From NCBI GenBank assembly GCA_963716175.1, contig OY970296.1, positions 3,424,001 to 3,488,000 on the forward strand: a stretch of DNA of 64,000 nt. Direction: 5' to 3'. Every line of letters begins with the position of its first letter. The first letter of the stretch is position 1. Made by a program: the position numbers and the translations under genes. The notes under the pieces are model-generated. The model was not told where the DNA came from and ran no database searches. It saw only the letters and a program-made list of their open reading frames with translations. Shown piece by piece: positions 61,048-64,000 of this stretch. The DNA comes from an uncultured Armatimonadetes bacterium (GTDB lineage Bacteria; Armatimonadota; Hebobacteria; Hebobacterales; Hebobacteraceae).

Positions 61048-61296
61048 GTGTACTACGTCTACATTCTGCGGAGTGTGCCGCGAGGAACACTGTACGTAGG
61101 CACAACGCAGGATGTGGACAAGCGCCTTCGCGATCACAATGCGGGCCGAAGCAAGTCTACCCGCCCCCACCGGCCCTTCGAGCTGGTGCACGTGGAGCAG
61201 TTCCCGAGCCTAGGTGAGGCGCGGCGGCGGGAGTGGCAGCTCAAGTGCAGCCCCGCTGGAGGCAAGGAGAAGAAGCAGCTGGTCGGGGGCGAGTAG
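61048..61296 (+). CDS. Small stand-alone GIY-YIG nuclease
   Basis: YYVYILRS..LYVGTT..RLRDHN.G...T...RPFELV..E....AR.RE..LK; Tyr/Arg/His/Glu catalytic pattern intact. Confidence 0.92.
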   Translation: MYYVYILRSVPRGTLYVGTTQDVDKRLRDHNAGRSKSTRPHRPFELVHVEQFPSLGEARRREWQLKCSPAGGKEKKQLVGGE

Positions 61297-61359
61297 ACCC
61301 ATTCTATGTCTGAGCCGCGGTTGACCGGCCCTCCTTGCAAAGCTACAATTAGGGGCGGC

Positions 61360-61434
61360 GCCCCTGTGGCCAAGTGGATAAGGCGCAGGCCTCCGGAGCC
61401 TGAACCGCAGGTTCGAATCCTGCCAGGGGTACCA
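61360..61434 (+). tRNA. tRNA-Arg(CCG)
   Basis: GCCCCTG/CAGGGGT acceptor, CAGGC-CTCCGGA-GCCTG anticodon arm, TTCGAAT, encoded CCA. Confidence 0.96.
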
Positions 61435-61574
61435 CAGAGTGCGAATGCGATAGGCCTGGTGCATGTCGGAGGGGGAGGGAGGACCCTCCCCCTCTCGAAT
61501 CTCACCCCTCCTCTTCGCCTGCTGCGATTGGTGTATAATAGGGAGCGGTTCTCTCTGTTGTCAGGAGCGTCCAG

Positions 61575-62427
61575 ATGAACTCTGTCAAGACTATCGGCCT
61601 GATGATCGGGCTGACGGCATTGCTGGTGCTGATCGGCGGCTATCTGGGCGGGCGCCACGGGATGATCGTGGCCCTCGCCTTCGCCACCATCATGAACCTG
61701 TTCAGCTACTGGTTCTCAGATAAGATCGTGCTCGCCATGTACCGCGCGCAGGAGGTAGATGAGGCCACCGCGCCGACGCTTTTCCGCGTAGTGCGTGGAT
61801 TGGCCGAGAAGGCCGGGATGCCCATGCCGCGGGTCTACATCATCCCGCAGGCCCAGCCCAATGCGTTCGCTACCGGGCGCGACCCCAAGCACGCGGCGGT
61901 GGCGGCCACTCAGGGGTTACTGCAGTTGATGGATGAACAGGAGTTGGAGGGCGTGATCGCCCACGAGCTTTCGCACGTCAGGAACCGGGATATCCTCATC
62001 GGCACCATCGCCGCCACCCTCGCCGGGGCGGTGATGATCCTGGCCCGGATGGCCCAGTTCGCCGCCATCTTCGGGGGCGGAGGCCGGGACCGGGACGAGG
62101 AGCGCGGCGGCGGACTCGGCCTGATCTTCGTCGCCATCTTCGGCGCCATCGCGGCCGCCCTGATCCAGCTCGCCATCTCGCGGGTCGCGGGAATACCAGG
62201 CCGACGCCTCGGGGGCCAGGCTTTCCGGCGATCCGCACGGGCTGGCGCGGGCGCCATCGGCCCTGGAGCGGGCCACTCAGCGCGTACCCATGGAGGCCAA
62301 TCCCGCCACTTCTCACATGTTCATCGTGAACCCCTTCGGCGGCGGGGGATTGGTGCGCCTGTTCAGCACTCACCCGCCCATAGAAGATCGCATCGCCCGT
62401 CTGGAGCGGATGGCGGCCGATACCTGA
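61575..62427 (+). CDS. htpX: Zinc metalloprotease HtpX, frameshifted near 62182
   Basis: [13 protein letters not shown]; removing one G gives ISRSREYQAD...[12 protein letters not shown]. Confidence 0.92.
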
Positions 62428-62615
62428 GTCCGGCGTGCGTGGTCGTTCCCGCCGGGTCTTGAGCATCCGATTCCGCTAGCGGGCCTGGCGCTGCTCTGCC
62501 TGCCAGATTTGGTTGACCGCGATCTATTCGCGGCCTTCCTCCATGTCAATGGACGCGAGGTGACGGGAGAGACAGTCTCTGCTTCGAGGGTAATGTCGGA
62601 TCGGTTTACTGTGAA

Positions 62616-63710
62616 GTGACATCAGTCGGACGGGAGGGAGAGTTGAGAGCACGCAGGGTGGCACAGATGGCATTGGTTGTCGCGGCGGTGATGGCCTTCG
62701 TGCAGTGGGCGCCCCAGGCGCGGGCGGCTGCGCTGCCAGGGCCCTTTGACCCCAGGCCGCTGATGGACGCGGCAGCGAAGCGGCTGACCGGCGACCGCTA
62801 CACCTTCGCAGTTTTCGGGGACTCGTATGCTCGGCCTCCGCTTCGGACCTTGCTGGAGCTGGTGGACTCCTGCTCTCCGGACTTTGTGGTGCTGCTGGGC
62901 GACATGGTGGAGGACGGGGCTGGCAAGGAAGGCCCGAAGAACTGGGAGATGCTGAGCGAGCGGGTCGGCTGGTTCCTCCGGTCCCGGCCCACCTGGCCCG
63001 TGGTCGGCAATCACGAGGTGGACACGGATTTCCAGCAGGGGCTGAGCAGCTTCCTTCGCTTCTTCGGCATGAAGGATCAGAACTACAGCTTCACCTTTGG
63101 CAACGCCAAGTTCATCGTGCTGGGCATTGACCCGGAAGGGCGGCTGGTGGCGCCCGACCAGTTGGCGTTTCTCCAACGCGAGCTCGCCGATCGCGGCAAG
63201 TACAAGCACGTCTTCGTGCTCCGACACGTGCCCTTCTACACCATCGGCATGAAGGAGAAAGACGAGGTGCCCAACACCGAGACGGACTTGGTCAAGGTGC
63301 TGGAGCAGAGCCGGGTCACCGCTACCTTCAGCGGGCACGACCACTACTACTACCGCACTCGGCGACAGGGTGTGACCCACGTGATCGCGGGGGTGTCGGG
63401 GGCGGGTGTCTATGACCTTCAGAGGCTGGCCGAGCAGGCGCCCGGGGACGCCTATATGGGGGTCTCTGCGGCCGAGGATCAGATCATGCGGCATGTGCCG
63501 GGCCGGGTTGACAAGTCAGTGCCGTACCAAGGGTACTACGAGTCCGGCGACCAGTGCCTTTTTGCCGTCTTCGTGCACGTCAACGGCGATCGCGTCACCG
63601 CGGAGACCGTCTCCATGAACGGCGAGGTGTGGGACAGCTTCGTGCTCAGCGGCGATGATTTCGGTGCTGTCAGCGCCCCCGCGGAGGCCCCCGCCGCGCC
63701 TGGGCCATGA
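62616..63710 (+). CDS. Secreted calcineurin-like metallophosphoesterase (start may be 62667)
   Basis: FGD, LGDMV, GNHE, H.P, SGHDH; signal peptide. Confidence 0.85.
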   Translation: MTSVGREGELRARRVAQMALVVAAVMAFVQWAPQARAAALPGPFDPRPLMDAAAKRLTGDRYTFAVFGDSYARPPLRTLLELVDSCSPDFVVLLGDMVEDGAGKEGPKNWEMLSERVGWFLRSRPTWPVVGNHEVDTDFQQGLSSFLRFFGMKDQNYSFTFGNAKFIVLGIDPEGRLVAPDQLAFLQRELADRGKYKHVFVLRHVPFYTIGMKEKDEVPNTETDLVKVLEQSRVTATFSGHDHYYYRTRRQGVTHVIAGVSGAGVYDLQRLAEQAPGDAYMGVSAAEDQIMRHVPGRVDKSVPYQGYYESGDQCLFAVFVHVNGDRVTAETVSMNGEVWDSFVLSGDDFGAVSAPAEAPAAPGP

Positions 63711-64000
63711 GCGATCCTGTCAGGTCAGTTGACGTCGGTCGTGTCCGCATCGGCGGCGGCGCGCCCATCACGGTACAGGCGATGACCGACACCGATACCC
63801 GGGATGTCGCCGCCACCGTGGCCCAGATCCGCGCGCTGGAGGAGGCCGGATGCGACCTGGTGCGTGTGGCGGTGCCGGATATGGAGGCGGCGCAGGCGCT
63901 GGGGCGCATCAAGTCACAGACCAATCTCCCCCTGATCGCTGATATCCACTTCGACCACCGGCTCGCCCTGGAGGCGATCGCTCAGGGGGTGGACAAGGTG
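63707..64000 (+). CDS. ispG: HMBPP synthase, 3' truncated by window
   Basis: [36 protein letters not shown]. Confidence 0.93.
   Translation, partial: MSDPVRSVDVGRVRIGGGAPITVQAMTDTDTRDVAATVAQIRALEEAGCDLVRVAVPDMEAAQALGRIKSQTNLPLIADIHFDHRLALEAIAQGVDKV

Noticed and set aside
60861-61434. Prophage or integrative island attL/attR
   Set aside because: Only 360 bp lie between the repeats, there is no integrase, and the near-identical duplicated part is the tRNA 5' portion plus promoter.

Overview
High-GC bacterial chromosomal window, plausibly Armatimonadota-like (inferred from gene content, not proven). It holds a ~15 kb envelope glycosylation cluster (YfhO/GT-C, GT2, GT4), rlmD, a split fumarase, hisHAF-I, cmk, thiM, miaB, a small MTase/Mrr-type island, nrdR-nrdJ, porCDAB, nfnAB, secG-tRNA-Leu, rplU-rpmA-obgE-proA-nadD-LCP-rsfS, tRNA-Arg, htpX and ispG. 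Five genes carry single frameshifts, probably sequencing errors. The main signal is non-coding. (1) At tRNA-Arg(CCG), 96 bp of promoter plus tRNA 5' part is duplicated around a cassette made of a 53-nt double hairpin inserted in the T-arm, a divergent tRNA 3' end and a small GIY-YIG nuclease gene. (2) The same 53-54 nt double TA-bulged hairpin occurs at two other sites (hisA/hisF junction, and inside a REP), each a precise insertion with no target duplication. This suggests an undescribed mini-element family possibly mobilised by the GIY-YIG protein. Several other palindromic repeat families are present, some nested and some translated in-frame inside genes, plus a probable ORF-less group II intron 5' fragment and a candidate sRNA downstream of nrdJ.
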